Below are positions 15,308-28,531 of a stretch of 64,000 bases of DNA, piece by piece (the first letter of the stretch is position 1; each line of letters begins with the position of its first letter). Where the stretch lies: the NCBI RefSeq assembly GCF_048593235.1, contig NC_133620.1:28987772-29051771 (forward strand), written 5' to 3'. The notes beneath the pieces were generated by a model. It searched no databases, was not told the origin of the DNA, and saw nothing but the letters and a program-made list of their open reading frames with translations. A program made the translations under genes and the position numbers. This stretch comes from Sminthopsis crassicaudata (taxonomy: Eukaryota).

Positions 15308-17129
15308 GGCGGCAAAGGCGGGAGTGGGCTGCAAGCTCTCAGCGCGAGAGGCTCCGTCTGCCGGGGGTCCGGCCTCCCGAGTGCCTTTGAAGCATCGGGA
15401 GGGGACTGAGGGCGGCGTGTGGGCGGAGGTGGGGCCCGAGGAGTGGGGAGAGGGCGGGCCGAGGGCTGCCCGGGGAGGGGGGGGTGAGGGCAGTGCAGGT
15501 GGCACGCAAAGGAAGGGGGGAGGAGGTGGCGCGGGGGGGGGGGGGGGGAGGGGGGAGGCACCGGGAGAGGAAGCCCCGCCTGCCCCCCCTGAGCCCGCCC
15601 CGGGTCCGCCCCGCTCTAAGCACCGAAGAGGATGGGGGCCCGGGGAACTGGGGGCCGCCAATCCACGCGGCTGGGGCGGGGGCTCGGGGACGGCCCGCAC
15701 GTGCTCCGCCCGGAGTGTTCCCCGCCCTCCTCTCCTCCGCTGGAAACTTTCCGAGTCGGGGCTGGAAGACCCGAATGCAGGCTCGAGCCCACCTCCTCCC
15801 GCTCCCGCGCTCCCTCCTCCGCGGGCCGAGCACGTGTCCCACGCATTAACTACCTCGTCACGATCCCCGAGGCCTCCGTTTCCCGAGCGCGAGCCCGCGC
15901 TCCCCCCTTTCCACCCTCGCCCCCAGGTCCTCCGTCCCCCCGGTGTGCCTGGCACTGTGCTGAGCTCTGAGGGCGCTCGGACCAGACCCGGAGTTCTCTG
16001 AGCACCCAGCAAGCCCAGCTGTAGGCTGACAGCAGACTCCTCGCTGTGGCCCCCAGAGAGCCGGTGCAGGGCCGGACCCCTGCCCGCGCATCTGAGTGCC
16101 GCTCCCGCCCTCTCGCCTCCCTCGGCGGGCTCCCCACACCGCTGCCTTGTGCAGAAGCCCAGCCCAGAACCCCTGTCCCAGCTCGCCCCCCTCCCGTGCC
16201 GAATGAACTTCTGGGTCCCAGGATTTCCCCTTAACCCCCCCTGCGTTTCCTCCGCCGGGGATTTCTTACTGAGCTGCTAATGTGAGGCCGCCCAGCCCCT
16301 GGAGCCCGGACTGCTGGGAGCTGAGGCCGCCCCAAGGCCGCTTACCCGGAAAAAGCAGCCGTCGGAGCCTAGAGGGAGGCGGGTATCCTGGAAGGGAGAA
16401 GGGGGCTTTCCATCAGGAGGGTCGCTGGGAAGCTCTGAAAGCTGCCCTTCTTGGACCCCAATCACCTGGAGGGGGAGGCAAACTTCAGGCCACAGACCCC
16501 AGTACAGATGGACACTTCCCTGCTGGTTTTAGGGGACTGTAAGGAGTTAATTCTCTCTAAACCGTCCCCGGCATAAGCCACCCTGGCTACTCTCAGCGCT
16601 TCCCCCTCGGGCTCCTTGCCTCAGCTCCCCCCCCCCCCCCCATTCAGCTGCCGAAGTGATTTTTCTTACTCAGGGCTGACGGGATCACTCACTTCTCCAT
16701 GAACCCGTGAGGATCCCTGTTACTTCCAGGATCAAACACGGCATCCTTTGAACGAAAGCATCCTCGGAGCTCTCCCCAGGGTGGTGAACAGAGGAGCTCT
16801 TCCCAGAGCAGCTGGGCCTGGATCCCCGGAGAAAGGAGATGAAAGGTCCAGCTCTGCCGGGCACAGCCCGAGCCCTGGTTGTGTCAGGCGAGTGCTCTCA
16901 GGGTTCCAGATCTTTGCCTTTCCCGGTGGGCGAGAGGGCAGAGAACTAAGGGGAGCCCAAACGGAGCCCGTGTTCATGAACTGCAGACTCCGTGGATCCC
17001 GTATTTTAATATTTTGAGGACTTTGTCTCATCCCTCCTGCAGCATTTGATGGATGAAAAAAATGCCGTGTGGTTTACAACAGCTCCAATCTCCTGCCCAT
17101 CTTTGACAAGACATGTAACCCTAGGCAAG

Positions 17130-17260
17130 GCAAGTTGTCAGCAAGCATTTATTAAGTGCTTAGTGTATGCCAGGCTCTGCACTGAGCATTGAGCATACAA
17201 AGAAAGGCAGACAGTCCCTACTCTCAGAGAGTTCACAATAATGAAGGGCAAGGCACAAGC
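17130..17260 (-). mobile_element. L2 3'-end remnant
   Basis: CAAGCATTTATTAAGTGCTTAGTGTATGCCAGGCTCTGCACTGAGC..ACAGTCCCTACTCTCAGAGAG is a typical L2 tail. A sense-oriented piece lies at about 17470-17540. Confidence 0.6.
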
Positions 17261-19582
17261 TCTTTGAGAATCAGTTTCCTCATCTGTAAATTAGGAGGTT
17301 GGTTGGCTGTTAATGTCCCCTCCAGATAGAATTCTTTTCTTACTTTCCTCCCTCCTTTTTTTTCCTCCTTCCCTCCCTCCCTCTCTCTCCTTTTCTTCTT
17401 CTCTCCCTTCCTCCCTCTCTCTGTGTGTCTCTCAATAAAGTTCCTGAAGAGTGACTTTTTTTTTTTCTTTTCTTTGTATTGCCAGTACTTAGCAGAGTGC
17501 CTGGTACATAGTAAGTGCTTAATAAATGCTTGTTGCTTGACTCCCCCCCCCAAAAAAAAAGAAAAAGTGACACCATTCAGTTCTCCCTGCAATAAAGGGA
17601 CCTACCACCTCCTTGAGCAGTCCAGGCTGCTCTGGGACTAACTCATGGCTGGAAAGTTCTTCCTGATAGATAGCCTGAATCTGCTTTTTTTTTCCAACAC
17701 TCCCCATTGATCTTGGTCCTCCCCATAGGACTGCACAGAACCAGGCTGATTGCTCCTTCCCAGGACAACTTGTCCTTTCTGAGGCTTCTTTTCTGTAACC
17801 AAGCTAAGCATGCCCAGTCCTTTCCATATGCACCCAGGCTCTTCCCAGTTCTAATTGCAGCCCCTCAACATCCTGACCACTGCCTCTCGAGGGATTCCAA
17901 TACCTTAGTCTCCTTCGATGACAATGGCAAATGAGCCCAGTATTCCTGGTATGACCTGACCAGGATCCAGGGCTGGAGAACCAGCTTCTCTTGGGGCCTG
18001 GGGGAAGCGGCTCCTGCACGGCCCTCCAACAAGCATGTGGCCAACTTCTTGTTTTTTACAGGCGAGGCACCTGGATGCCAGAGACCAGAAAGCCCAGCTT
18101 GTCCCTTGGCTCCGAGCTGTCTCACGAAGCCAGACTTTGATTTCAATTTCCAGGAACAGTTTTTCTAGGGTTATCACTCATCCCCACAGGTCTTGGCCAG
18201 GTTCTCTATCCAGATGATTCCTCGGGTGTCTCTCTACGTGCTATTCCTCTTTTCCTGCCCAAAGCCTCCGAGTCCTCCAACAGCCTTTGGCCCAGTGCCC
18301 GGAGAAGGAAGGCCTCTGCTCACCTGCGCCTCCTGATCCGGAGCACTTAGCTAACTGGCCACACAGGTCCAGTCTGGGCCAGACAGATAAGCACCACCGG
18401 GTGAACATTAACCAAGATGGGGGAGGAAGAAGGGCAGGCGCTAGTATTTCTTCTCAACCCCACAGAGTATTTCAGACTGTAAGGAAATCCTCATCCAGCC
18501 TGTATTTGAACAGGAATCCCCTCTAGTGACCATCCAGGCCGCCCATGAGGGCGATCTTAGTATGTCAACAGGAAGCCTGTTTAAGGACGGGATAGCGCTC
18601 TTTGCAAGGAAATTTGTCCTGCCCGTGAGTCACAGTCTGCCTCTTTGCAATTGACCCCGTGCTGGAGAGGAGACTTTTCCCATCAACTGGGTACCTGGAA
18701 TTGTCAGCATCCTTCTAAGGGCCAAGTTATCACTGGCTGAGCTTTTCTGCATTCAAATCTGAGCAAGGCTCTCCCTGGGATGGGAGGCAGAAATATTTGC
18801 ATATGTATATACACTTTAAAAAACAAACAAACAAACAAAAAACATTTCCTTCTTTTTTCCCCTTTTTGAAGATTGAATATTTTTATTTTTCCCAATTACA
18901 TGTAAAACAATTTTTTTTACATTCATTTTTAAAACTTTGAGTTCCAGATTCTCTCCCTTCCTCCTCACCCCCACCTTCCTTTAAGAAGGCCCAAGAAATG
19001 CACCCCCTTTTCCTGGCTTTAGAGGTCAATGAATATTGTTAGTTACACCATTGCCACAGCAGAGAGCGCAGTTGCCTTTTAAAAATTCACTTTTATTTTG
19101 AGTTCTGAATTTTCTTGCGACTGTGAAAGCAAGAAAACCAAAACTTGTTACCAAAAATGTATTGCCATTCAAAATAAATTACATTCAAAAAGAAAATTTT
19201 CTCCCATCTGCATGTGGAATCCATCAGCTGTCCATCTGGAAGTGGACAGCACGTTCATCACGAGTCCCCTGCAATTGGGACTGATCGGCACAGCCAGCAG
19301 GGTTCCCAAGTCTTTCAAAGTTGACTATCCATAATTATTGCTGCTGGACAATCAAGGTGAAAGTTCAGAGGTCATTTCACTGAACTCCTCTTGTTATATA
19401 TTATGTTCTTCCTCCTCCTTCTTTTGTAATACATGATGTTCTTTCTGAGCTCTCCAGGCAGCAACAGTTTCTTAGTTTCTTTTAAAGAGGAGTTGACGTT
19501 TGGAAACCCAAAGTATTTTACTTTTGAAATTTAGAATACAGAATGCTCAAAAGAAAGAAGCTCTTTTAAAAATGTTTAATCT

Positions 19583-22243
19583 ACTGATACCTAAACCTGG
19601 TAGATCGAAAACTGAGAAAGAAAATTATAGACCAATCTCCTTAATGAATATTGATGCTAAAATCTTAAATAAGATATTAGCAAAAAGACTTCAGAAAATC
19701 ATCTCCAAGATAATACACTATGATCAAGTAGGATTTATTCCAGGAATGCAGGGCTGGTTTAATATTAGGAAAACTATTAATATAATTGACCATATTAATA
19801 ATCAAATTAATAAGAACCATATGATCATCTCAATAGATGCAGAAAAAGCATTTGACAAAATCCAACATCCATTCCTACTAAAAACTCTTGAGAGTATAGG
19901 AATAAATGGATTATTCCTTAGAATAATCAGGAGTATATATTTAAGACCGTCAGTAAGCATAATATGCAATAGAAATAAACTGCAACCTTTCCCAGTAAGA
20001 TCAGGAGTGAAACAAGGTTGCCCACTATCACCATTACTATTCAATATAGTACTAGAAACGCTAGCCTCGGCAATAAGAGCCGAGAAAGAGATTCAAGGAA
20101 TTAGAGTAGGAAATGAGGAAATTAAACTATCACTTTTTGCAGATGACATGATGGTATACTTAGAGAACCCCAAAGACTCTGCTAAAAAGCTACTAGAAAT
20201 AATTCAAAATTTCAGCAAAGTGGCAGGATACAAAATAAATCCACATAAATCCTCGTCATTTTTATATATCACTAACAAAATGCAACAGCAAGAGATACAA
20301 AGAGAAATTCCATTCCAAACAAATGTTGAGAGTATAAAATATTTGGGAATCCATCTACCAAAGAAAAGTCAGGAATTATATGAGAAAAATTACAAAACAC
20401 TTGCCACAAAAATAAAATCAGATTTAAATAATTGGAAAGACATTCAGTGCTCTTGGATAGGCCGAGCGAATATAATAAAGATGACAATACTCCCCAAACT
20501 AATCTATTTATTTAGTGCTATACCAATCAGACTCCCAAGAAACTATTTTAATGACCTAGAAAAAATAACAACAAAATTCATATGGAAGAATAAAAGGTCA
20601 AGAATTGCAAGGGAACTAATGAAAAAAAACTCAGAGGAAGGTGGTCTAAGTGTACCTGATCTAAAGCTATATTATATAGCAGCAGTCACCAAAACCATTT
20701 GGTATTGGCTACGAAATAGACCGGTAGATCAGTGGAACAGATTAGATACAAAGGACAAAAAAGGGTACATCTATAGCAATCTGATCTTTGACAAACCCAA
20801 AGATTCCAACATTAGGGATAAAAATTCATTATTCGGAAAAAACTGTTGGGAAAACTGGAAATTAGTATGGCAGAAATTAGATATGGATCCACACTTAACA
20901 CCAAATACCAAGATAAAATCAAAATGGGTCCATGATTTAGGCATAAAGAGGGAGATAATAAATAGATTAGAGGAACAGAGGATAATCTACCTCTCAGACT
21001 TGTGGAGGAGGAAGGAATTTATGACCAGAGGAGAACTAGAGATCATTATTGATCACAAAATAGAAGATTTTGATTACATCAAACTAAAAAGTTTCTGTAC
21101 AAATAATACTAATGCAAACAAGATTAGAAGGGAAGTAACAAATTGGGAAAATATTTTTAAAAACAAAGGTTCTGACAAAGGTCTCATTTCCAAAATATAT
21201 AGAGAACTGACCCTAATTTATAAGAAACCGAACCATTCTCCAATTGATAAATGGTCAAAGGATATGAACAGACAATTCTCAGAGGAAGAAATTGAAACTA
21301 TATCCACTCACATGAAAGTGTGTTCCAAATCACTACTGATCAGAGAAATGCAAATTAAGACCACTCTGAGATACCACTACACACCTGTCAGATTGGCTAA
21401 GATGACAGGAACAAATAATGACAAATGTTGGAGGGGATGTGGGGAAACTGGGACACTAATACATTGTTGGTGGAGCTGTGAAAGAATCTGGCCATTCTGG
21501 AGAGCAATCTGGAATTATGCCCAAAAAGTTATCAAACTGTGCATACCCTTTGACCCAGCAGTGCTACTACTGGGATTATATCCCAAAGAAATACTAAAGA
21601 GCGGAGAGAGACATATATGTGCCAAAATGTTTGTGGCAGCTCTTTTTGTTGTAGCTAGAAACTGGAAGATGAATGGATGTCCATCAGTTGGAGAATGGTT
21701 GGGTAAATTGTGGTATATGAAGATTATGGAATATTATTGTTCTGTAAGAAATGACCAGCAGGAGGAATACAGAGAGGCCTGGAGAGACTTAAATCAACTG
21801 ATGCTGAGTGAAATGAGCAGAACCAGAAGATCACTGTACACTTCAACAACAATACTGTATGAGGATGTATTCTGATGGAAGTGGAAATCTTCAACATAAA
21901 GAAGATCCAACTCACTTCCAGTTGATCAATGATGGACAGGGGTAGCTGCACCCAGAGAAGAAACACTGGGAGGGGAATGAAAATTGTTAGCACTAATATC
22001 TGTCTGCCCAGGTTGCATGTACCTTCGGATTCTAATGTTTATTGTGCAACAAGAAAATGATATTCGCACACATGTTTTGTACCTAGACTATATTGTAACA
22101 CATGTAAAATGTATGGTATTGCCTGTCGTCGGGGGGAGGGAATAGAGGGAGGGGGGGTAATTTGGAAAAATGAATACAAGGGATAATATTATAAAATATA
22201 TATATATATATAATAAAAAAAATTAAAAAATAAAATAAAAAAT
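19583..22243 (+). mobile_element. Young 5'-truncated LINE-1 (RT + C-terminal ORF2, 3'UTR, A-rich tail) with perfect TSD
   Basis: Uninterrupted ORF2 from [16 protein letters not shown] to the stop at 21875, with SLFADDM RT motif and [18 protein letters not shown] knuckle. TSD AAAAATGTTTAATCT at 19568-19582 and 22244-22258. The 5' flank TTTT/AAAAA is the canonical L1 endonuclease site. Confidence 0.97.
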
Positions 22244-22289
22244 AAAAATGTTTAATCTTCATAAATGGCACTTTCTCTTGAAGGCTAGA

Positions 22290-22760
22290 CAATAAAGCAA
22301 CAATAAATCAGGACCAGATTTGTAGCAGCTGTTGATTTTTTACATTATCCCTTGTACTCACTTCTGTTCTGAATTTTCCCCTTCTTCACCCCCTCTCCTA
22401 GTTGGCAGGCATTCCCATACATATTAAAAATGTTATAATATATCCTAGGTACAATATATGTGTGCAGAACCGAACAGTTCTCTTGTTGCACAGGAAGAAT
22501 TGGATTCAGAATGTAAAAATAACCTGGGAAGAAAAAAATGCAAACAGTTTACATTCATTTCCCAGTGTTCCTTCTCTGGGTGTAGCTGATTCTGTCCATC
22601 ATTGATCAATTGGATCTGAATTAGATCTTCTCTATGTTGAAGATATCCACTTCCATCAGAAAATGTCCTCATACAGTATCTCGCTGCCGTGTATAATGAT
22701 CTCCTGGTTCTGCTCATTTCACTCAGCATCAGTTCGTGTAAGTCTCTCCAGGCCTCTCTT
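22290..22760 (-). mobile_element. Older L1 3' fragment
   Basis: Minus-strand translation [23 protein letters not shown] matches the ORF2 C-terminus of the adjacent L1, followed by a diverged 3'UTR. Confidence 0.85.
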
Positions 22761-23984
22761 AAGCTGCCCACAGAAGAGGAGAAAGCATCCTGTCTCTAAG
22801 CGGCTTAATGGTCGCCCACACCACCTGGAGACAGGACCAGGGCTTTCCTGGCTCAGTGCCATAGAAAACACTTGAAGTTCTAAGAGTCTGAAGTTATAGA
22901 AATAACATTGTTGGGAATGAGGCTAGAAAGGGCCAGCACCCAGACACCCGCGTGCAGCCTGGGCCGGTTCTGAGCTGTCCACCGACCTCGTGCTGAAGAG
23001 GACCCTCGGGGGTGATGGAGAAGAAGAACTTCCCATGAAGAGAAAGCAGGCCTCAGAGCACAGAGCTCGCGGTGGGGCAGAGAGGCCCCTGCCCCCCTGG
23101 GCTGGCCCGGGAGCACCAGCTCCCAAGCCTGGTCTGGAATCCCACTTCCTTTGGGGCCAAGGTCTTAGAAGATCACCAAGGTCCAAGGAGCAGTCCGAGG
23201 GGAAGAAGACAGCCCCGAACCACAACGAGCTTGAGCCAGGCCAGCAGCCAGCAGTAAGAGCCCTTTCAGGTCAGTACATTTGCACACACGTGAAGGCAAA
23301 CAAAGATGACCCCGGCAGCAGCAAGGCCTGTCCGAGCCAGTGGAACCGGACCGCATGGCAAGGCTCAGCCCCAGAATGTTTGTCTTCCCCATTGTTTATT
23401 AACTGCCAAGGCCCGTGCTTGAGCCCAGGCAGATGGCCATGGGCGACCAGGGTTCTCTTTCCTTGCGTGGGGAGCAGGGTTCCCTTCTTGTTCCTGTTCA
23501 TGCTGGGGGATGGATTTTAAGACAAAACGTTAATTTAAAAAAAAAAAAAGTCTCATGTTCACAGTAATGGGGCTGGCGCCCCTGGTTCCCACAGGCCAGC
23601 TCGGACCATGGCCTGTGTTCAGATGTCACTAACTCTTGTCTGTGTGATCTTGGACAAGTTCCTTGGCCTCTGAACTCACTTTTCTGCCAAATCAAAGCGT
23701 TGTCCGTAGTCACGTCCCCAGAATCAACTGGAGCATCAAAAGGTGGGAAATTCCCCGGCCCCGAAAGTGAGACAGGCTGACCGGGGTGAGCGAGTGCCCG
23801 GCTGTCCTCTGGGGCCCCATGGGGCAGTGCCAGTCTGTGGGTACCTGAGGGCTGGAGGCTAGCCAGGGGTTGAATTAAAAAGCACTTCTTGGGTGCCAAG
23901 GTGTCTGGAGCCCTTCAAAAGGTAGAAAGGTACAGTGGGAGGAGAATTCAGTCTGCCAGGGGAGACAGCGAGCAGTTTACCGAC

Positions 23985-24180
23985 ACACCCGTACACACAC
24001 ACACACATACATATGTGCACACACATGGACACACACCTATACATGCATATGTGCATAAACACAAGACAATGCACCCACAGACACACACATACAGATATGG
24101 TCTTGTGTGTTTATACATGCACATAAACATGAACACACAAGGCCATACACACATGCACACACACACATCATGCACACAAA
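23985..24180. repeat. Degenerate (CA)n microsatellite
   Basis: Interrupted ACACAC/ACAT tract. Confidence 0.85.
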
Positions 24181-26459
24181 TGGCCTCTAGAGCCCAGGGG
24201 GGCTGAGCTCCGACCTGGATCCCGGTCTGCACCCTTCATCCGGACCCCTCCTCCTGGGTGGAGCTGCCGGACACAGATAAAGCCTGGCGAGCAAAGGTCA
24301 GTGCTGGGGACCTCCGGCTGGGCATCTGCTCCAAGGGACAGCGGCTGCAGAAAGGAGACCACAACCTCAGGTGCAGTATCTGCCCTTTGGGGAGACTGGC
24401 TGGGACGCGAGGAGAGCAAGTTAAGGAACTGATGTGTCAAGGTTCACAAACTCCCCTAAATCTCAGTGGGCCTTGGGAAGACCCAGAACCTCAGGTTTCC
24501 AGCCCCGAGGGTTTGGGAGACCTTTCAGACCACCCTGTTTGTTTTGCAGAGGAAACATGAGGGCCAAGGTCACATCGGAAGTAGAAGTGAGATTGGAACC
24601 CTGGGACTTGCACCCCAAATCCAGACCTCTCTACAGTTAGATCTGGAGCGACTGCAATTGTGTTAGGCTTCTGAGAGGAGCCAGGGGAAAAGCCAAAAAG
24701 TGTGGGTCGGAATAAGTGAGATTGAATCTCTTTTAGGTGATGAAGTCTATTTTTAAGTGAGAAAAGCCATTGCAGCTATTAAGCATCACTGACATGTACA
24801 CAAGTGAACACTGAGTGCTTCAAGGGGGCCTGCTGTCCATTCTGGGACGCCCCCGCATCTGGGGGGGCATTGGGTCAATGTCCACATGGACCTGGGCCAC
24901 GGGGCTGGGTCCCAGCTGCCACAAGGGCTGCTTCAGGTCCAGGAAGCTCCTTTCTTGGCTTTGCTCAGGCCCTAGGAACTTCCAGAGGTTGGGTGGGTGT
25001 CAGAGCTGGGAGGGGGAGGGGGCCTGCCCAGCCACCACAGAGGCCGCCCCCACAGAGAGGCCTGCTCTGTAGCATCCCTATTGGGTGCCCATGATGCTGG
25101 CCCGGGCCTTGGCCAGGACGAGGGCCGGGATGTGGGGGATGGAGGCCCCAAAGACGTTGAGGGCGGGAGTGAGAGGGAGAGGGGAGGAGGGCCTCCGCCT
25201 GAGGCTGCTTTTCTGTTTGTCCGGAACCAGCTGGGGACGGTCTGTACAAAGTCCTCTGTGGGGGCAGCTTTCCCTGCCAAGGACATCGGACACAGCATCT
25301 CTGGGGGGCCGGGTTGTGCTAACCTGGGTGTGGACACTCCCACCCCTCGTCCTGCCCACTCGCCGAGCCCAGGAGGTGGGAGAACAAGCTGTCTGAGCTC
25401 CCGCTTTCTGTCCGGTGAATGAGGCTCTCCCACACACTGCCCATTCCTAGCTCGGCTCTTCCCAGCTTCCCAGAGGCCGGCCCCTCTGTAACCAGCCTTT
25501 GCCCTATCAATCTCTGTTGACTGGGAAGCTTCCCAGTGCTCAGAAGCCAAAGTGGGTCCCACAGAACAAAACAAAGAAGCAGTAGAAGGAAGAAGGTAGA
25601 TCAGAAGGGACCGAGCTCAGACTAGCTGCGGGACCCTGGGCAAGTCACTTCACCGTTTGCTGCTTCTTCCCCATCTGTCAAATAAGCTGGAAAAGGGCAT
25701 CGAGCTCTCCGGTATCTCCGCCAGGGAGACCCTGAGTGGAGTTACAACTGACCAGCAACATATGGGGTTCATGCATCGTCCTGTGTCCTCACAGCCACCC
25801 TGGGAAGGAGATGTGATCGTGAACCCATTTCACAGATGAGAAAACAATGAAGCCGACAAGGGGGAATAATGTACCCAGGATTACTGGTGAGTCTCTGAGG
25901 GGACCCAGACTCGGCCTGCCCAGCGGCCCGGCTGTGTCGCATTCCACAAGGAACCTGGAGAAGCCCAAATTCCACAAACATCCGGGTTGAGATGACAAAG
26001 CCCCGAAGGAGCTGCCATTCTCCCGGGGCTCGGAGCGGGTGCCCAGCACAAGTAAACAGAGAATTGTTGGAAGAGAGAGAGGAGACCAGGAACTGACGGG
26101 CCAGGACAAGTTCTGCCAGGAAGGCTCAGCCGGCCTCAGCCGGTCAGGGGCCTCTGTGCAGTCTCCTCACCCATAAAGTGGGGATAATGGCAACGGCCCG
26201 ACCCAATGAGAACATTTTGCAAAGAGTCACGCAGACTTAGGAAGTCTTAGGAATCTTGACGATGACGTAGCCGGTCGGAGAGTCCAGAACCCATGGGGCC
26301 GTCAGCAGGCGGGCCCAGCAGAGAAGCAGGCGCTCACGCAGGAGGAAGCGAGGCCTGGTGGTGTCAGACACAGAGTGACCAGAACGAGGGGCGCCGGAGG
26401 GGAGGCCGGGCGGCTGCTCTGGGCCCCAGGACTACGGCTCCTCACTTGCTTCTCTCTCC

Positions 26460-26790
26460 AACCCATCCTGCGCTCAATGGTCAAGGGGATCTTCCTAAAG
26501 CCCTGCTATTATTGTCAGTCCCTGCCCATCCCAGAACTCCGGGGGCTGCTGGGAGCTCCTGGGATCAAATGTAGCCCCTGCCTTCTGCAGCCCTGACACC
26601 CTGGCCCCTCCCTCCCTCCGACTTGAATCAGCTTATTCCTATGGAACAAAACGGCCCGGCCAGACAGGCTCCTTCCTGCTTCCCCACCTGCCCCCCTCGC
26701 CTTCGCCCTGGCTGACCCCTGCCTGGAAAGCTTTCCCTCCTCTCATTCTCATTCTCCCCTACTCACTCATTCCCTGTAAGCTCAACTCGA
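26460..26790 (+). mobile_element. L2 3'-region remnant
   Basis: GATCTTCCTAAA..GGATCAAATGTAG..CCCTGCCTGGAAAGCTTTCCCTCCTC..AAGCTCAACTC resembles the L2 3' end. Confidence 0.55.
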
Positions 26791-27379
26791 TTCAACTCAA
26801 ACGCAGGCTTCTCTCCCCTTCCTCATCCCCTTCTCTTTCCTCATCCCCCTCCCCTTTCTCATCCCCCTGCCTTCCTCCTCCCCCCTTCTCCTTCTCTCCC
26901 AGCCTCCAAACTCCCCCCCTTTTTCCTGCCCCCCCTCTTCCCCTTCACCGAGTTCAGAGGCAGTTGGGATTTTCCTCTTCAGGGCTAGAAAGGACAAAGT
27001 CACTCGGGAAGGCCTGAGAAGCTGACCTGGCCTAGGGACAGAGAGACCTTTGGGCTCCTCCCCCAGCCTCACATTGTGAGTCCCGGGAGCCTGCCCTGGT
27101 GCCAGGGAAGGGGATCAGAAGCCAATTCTTCTCGGAGCTTGGCGGGCATCTGTGCCAGGCTTCCAGGGATTCCTCCTCTCTCCCCACTGCTCCCCATGAC
27201 CCACAGACGGAGGGGCTGAGAGCTCCCCGGACTGAGGCAGAGCCAGCGGGGGAGGCAGCCCCAGAGCCGGCTCGGGTCAGCCCTGTTGTCCAAGGCCGCC
27301 ATTGCAGAGATGAGTCAGTGCTGTCCAGGGGGCAAAGGGCCTGGTTTTATGACATTTATCTCTTATACAATCTTAGGTC

Positions 27380-27610
27380 CCTTTTTTTTTGTTCTTATTC
27401 AGTCATGTTGGACTCTTTGGGACCCCATTTGGGGTTTTGTGGGCGGAAATCCTGGCATGGTTGGCGTTTCCTTCTCTAGCCCATTTTACAGATGAGGAAA
27501 CTGAGGCACACAGGGTGCCGTGACTTGCTCTGGGTCACACAGCTAGGAAGAGTCTGAGGATGCAGCAAGCTCCCCTGACTCCAGCTCTGGCGCTGCAGCC
27601 TGCACCACCC
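27380..27610 (-). mobile_element. MAR1/MIR-type SINE
   Basis: TCAGTCATGTTGGACTCTTTGGGACCCCATTTGGGGTTTT..CCATTTTACAGATGAGGAAACTGAGGCA..GTGACTTGC..GGGTCACACAGCTAG. Confidence 0.75.
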
Positions 27611-28531
27611 AGCCTCCTTGGCCTCACTTTCCGCTTCACTCCAGCACCTCTGAGCAGGTGTGTTTGGAACCAAAGCCAGCGCCCTCATTTTACAGATGAG
27701 AACACTGAGGCTCAGAACAGGAGGGCCTCTCTGGGCTCCCGGGGGAAGGCCTAGGGCCTGTGGCTCTGCAGTCTCACCAGGCGGCCCTCCCAGAGCCGGG
27801 CTCAGAAGCTGGGGCCGGAATGGAAGCTTCTCAAGGGCAAGCCCGAGTTCCTTTTCTTTGTTTTATTTTCCCTGGTGACATGGGAAAACATCTCTCTTTT
27901 GTTATAATGTACATTTATCTTTTAAAAAATTGTATTTTCCTATGATTCACGTTGGGAGAAAAAAATCAGCACAAAAGGAAAAACCCAGAAGAAAACGGCG
28001 AATATCGCGTGTGTGATTCACGGTCAGTCTCTGTAGTTCTCCCTCTGGATGCAGACGGCCCTTCCCTCCAAAAGGCAGGGGGATGGCCTGGCTCACTCAC
28101 CCGCCGGGGAGAAGCAAGTCTGTCTTAGCTGGCTATCCCACAGGCCGGCTGCGGCGGACCATGAGATGCTTTCCTGCCGGTTTTGTTCAGCATTTCAGCA
28201 TTAGTTCATGTAAATCTTTTTTTCCCTGAGGCAATTGGGGTTAAGTGACTTGCCCAGGGTCACACAGCCAGGAGTCTGGCTTTTCTAAAATCAGCCCACC
28301 CATAATTTTTTATAGAAGAATGAGATTCCATCACTTTCATATTCAGCCATTCCCCAATTGATGGGCGTCTGTGAGCCATTTCTTAGTGTTTACCTCTTTA
28401 AGGTCTTAACACGGGTAGTGCCTTGTACCCAGTAAGTGTCTAATTAGTGCTTATTGAATGAATGGGAGTAGAGGGGGGCTCTCTCTCTCCCAGCCCCCCT
28501 AAGACCTGTCACCTCTGTTCTCCAGGCAGGG

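Noticed and set aside
15308-16012. 235-codon in-frame N-terminal extension of HPDL in the ORF track
   Set aside because: It starts at TTG, is low-complexity Pro/Gly/Ala from a GC-rich promoter, and the ATG at 15307 has a strong Kozak context matching the human start.
22990-25574. Several 100-200 aa ORFs in the HPDL-SELENOP2 interval considered as ZSWIM5 or novel-gene remnants
   Set aside because: No recognisable homology or coherent splice structure; lengths are expected by chance at this GC content.
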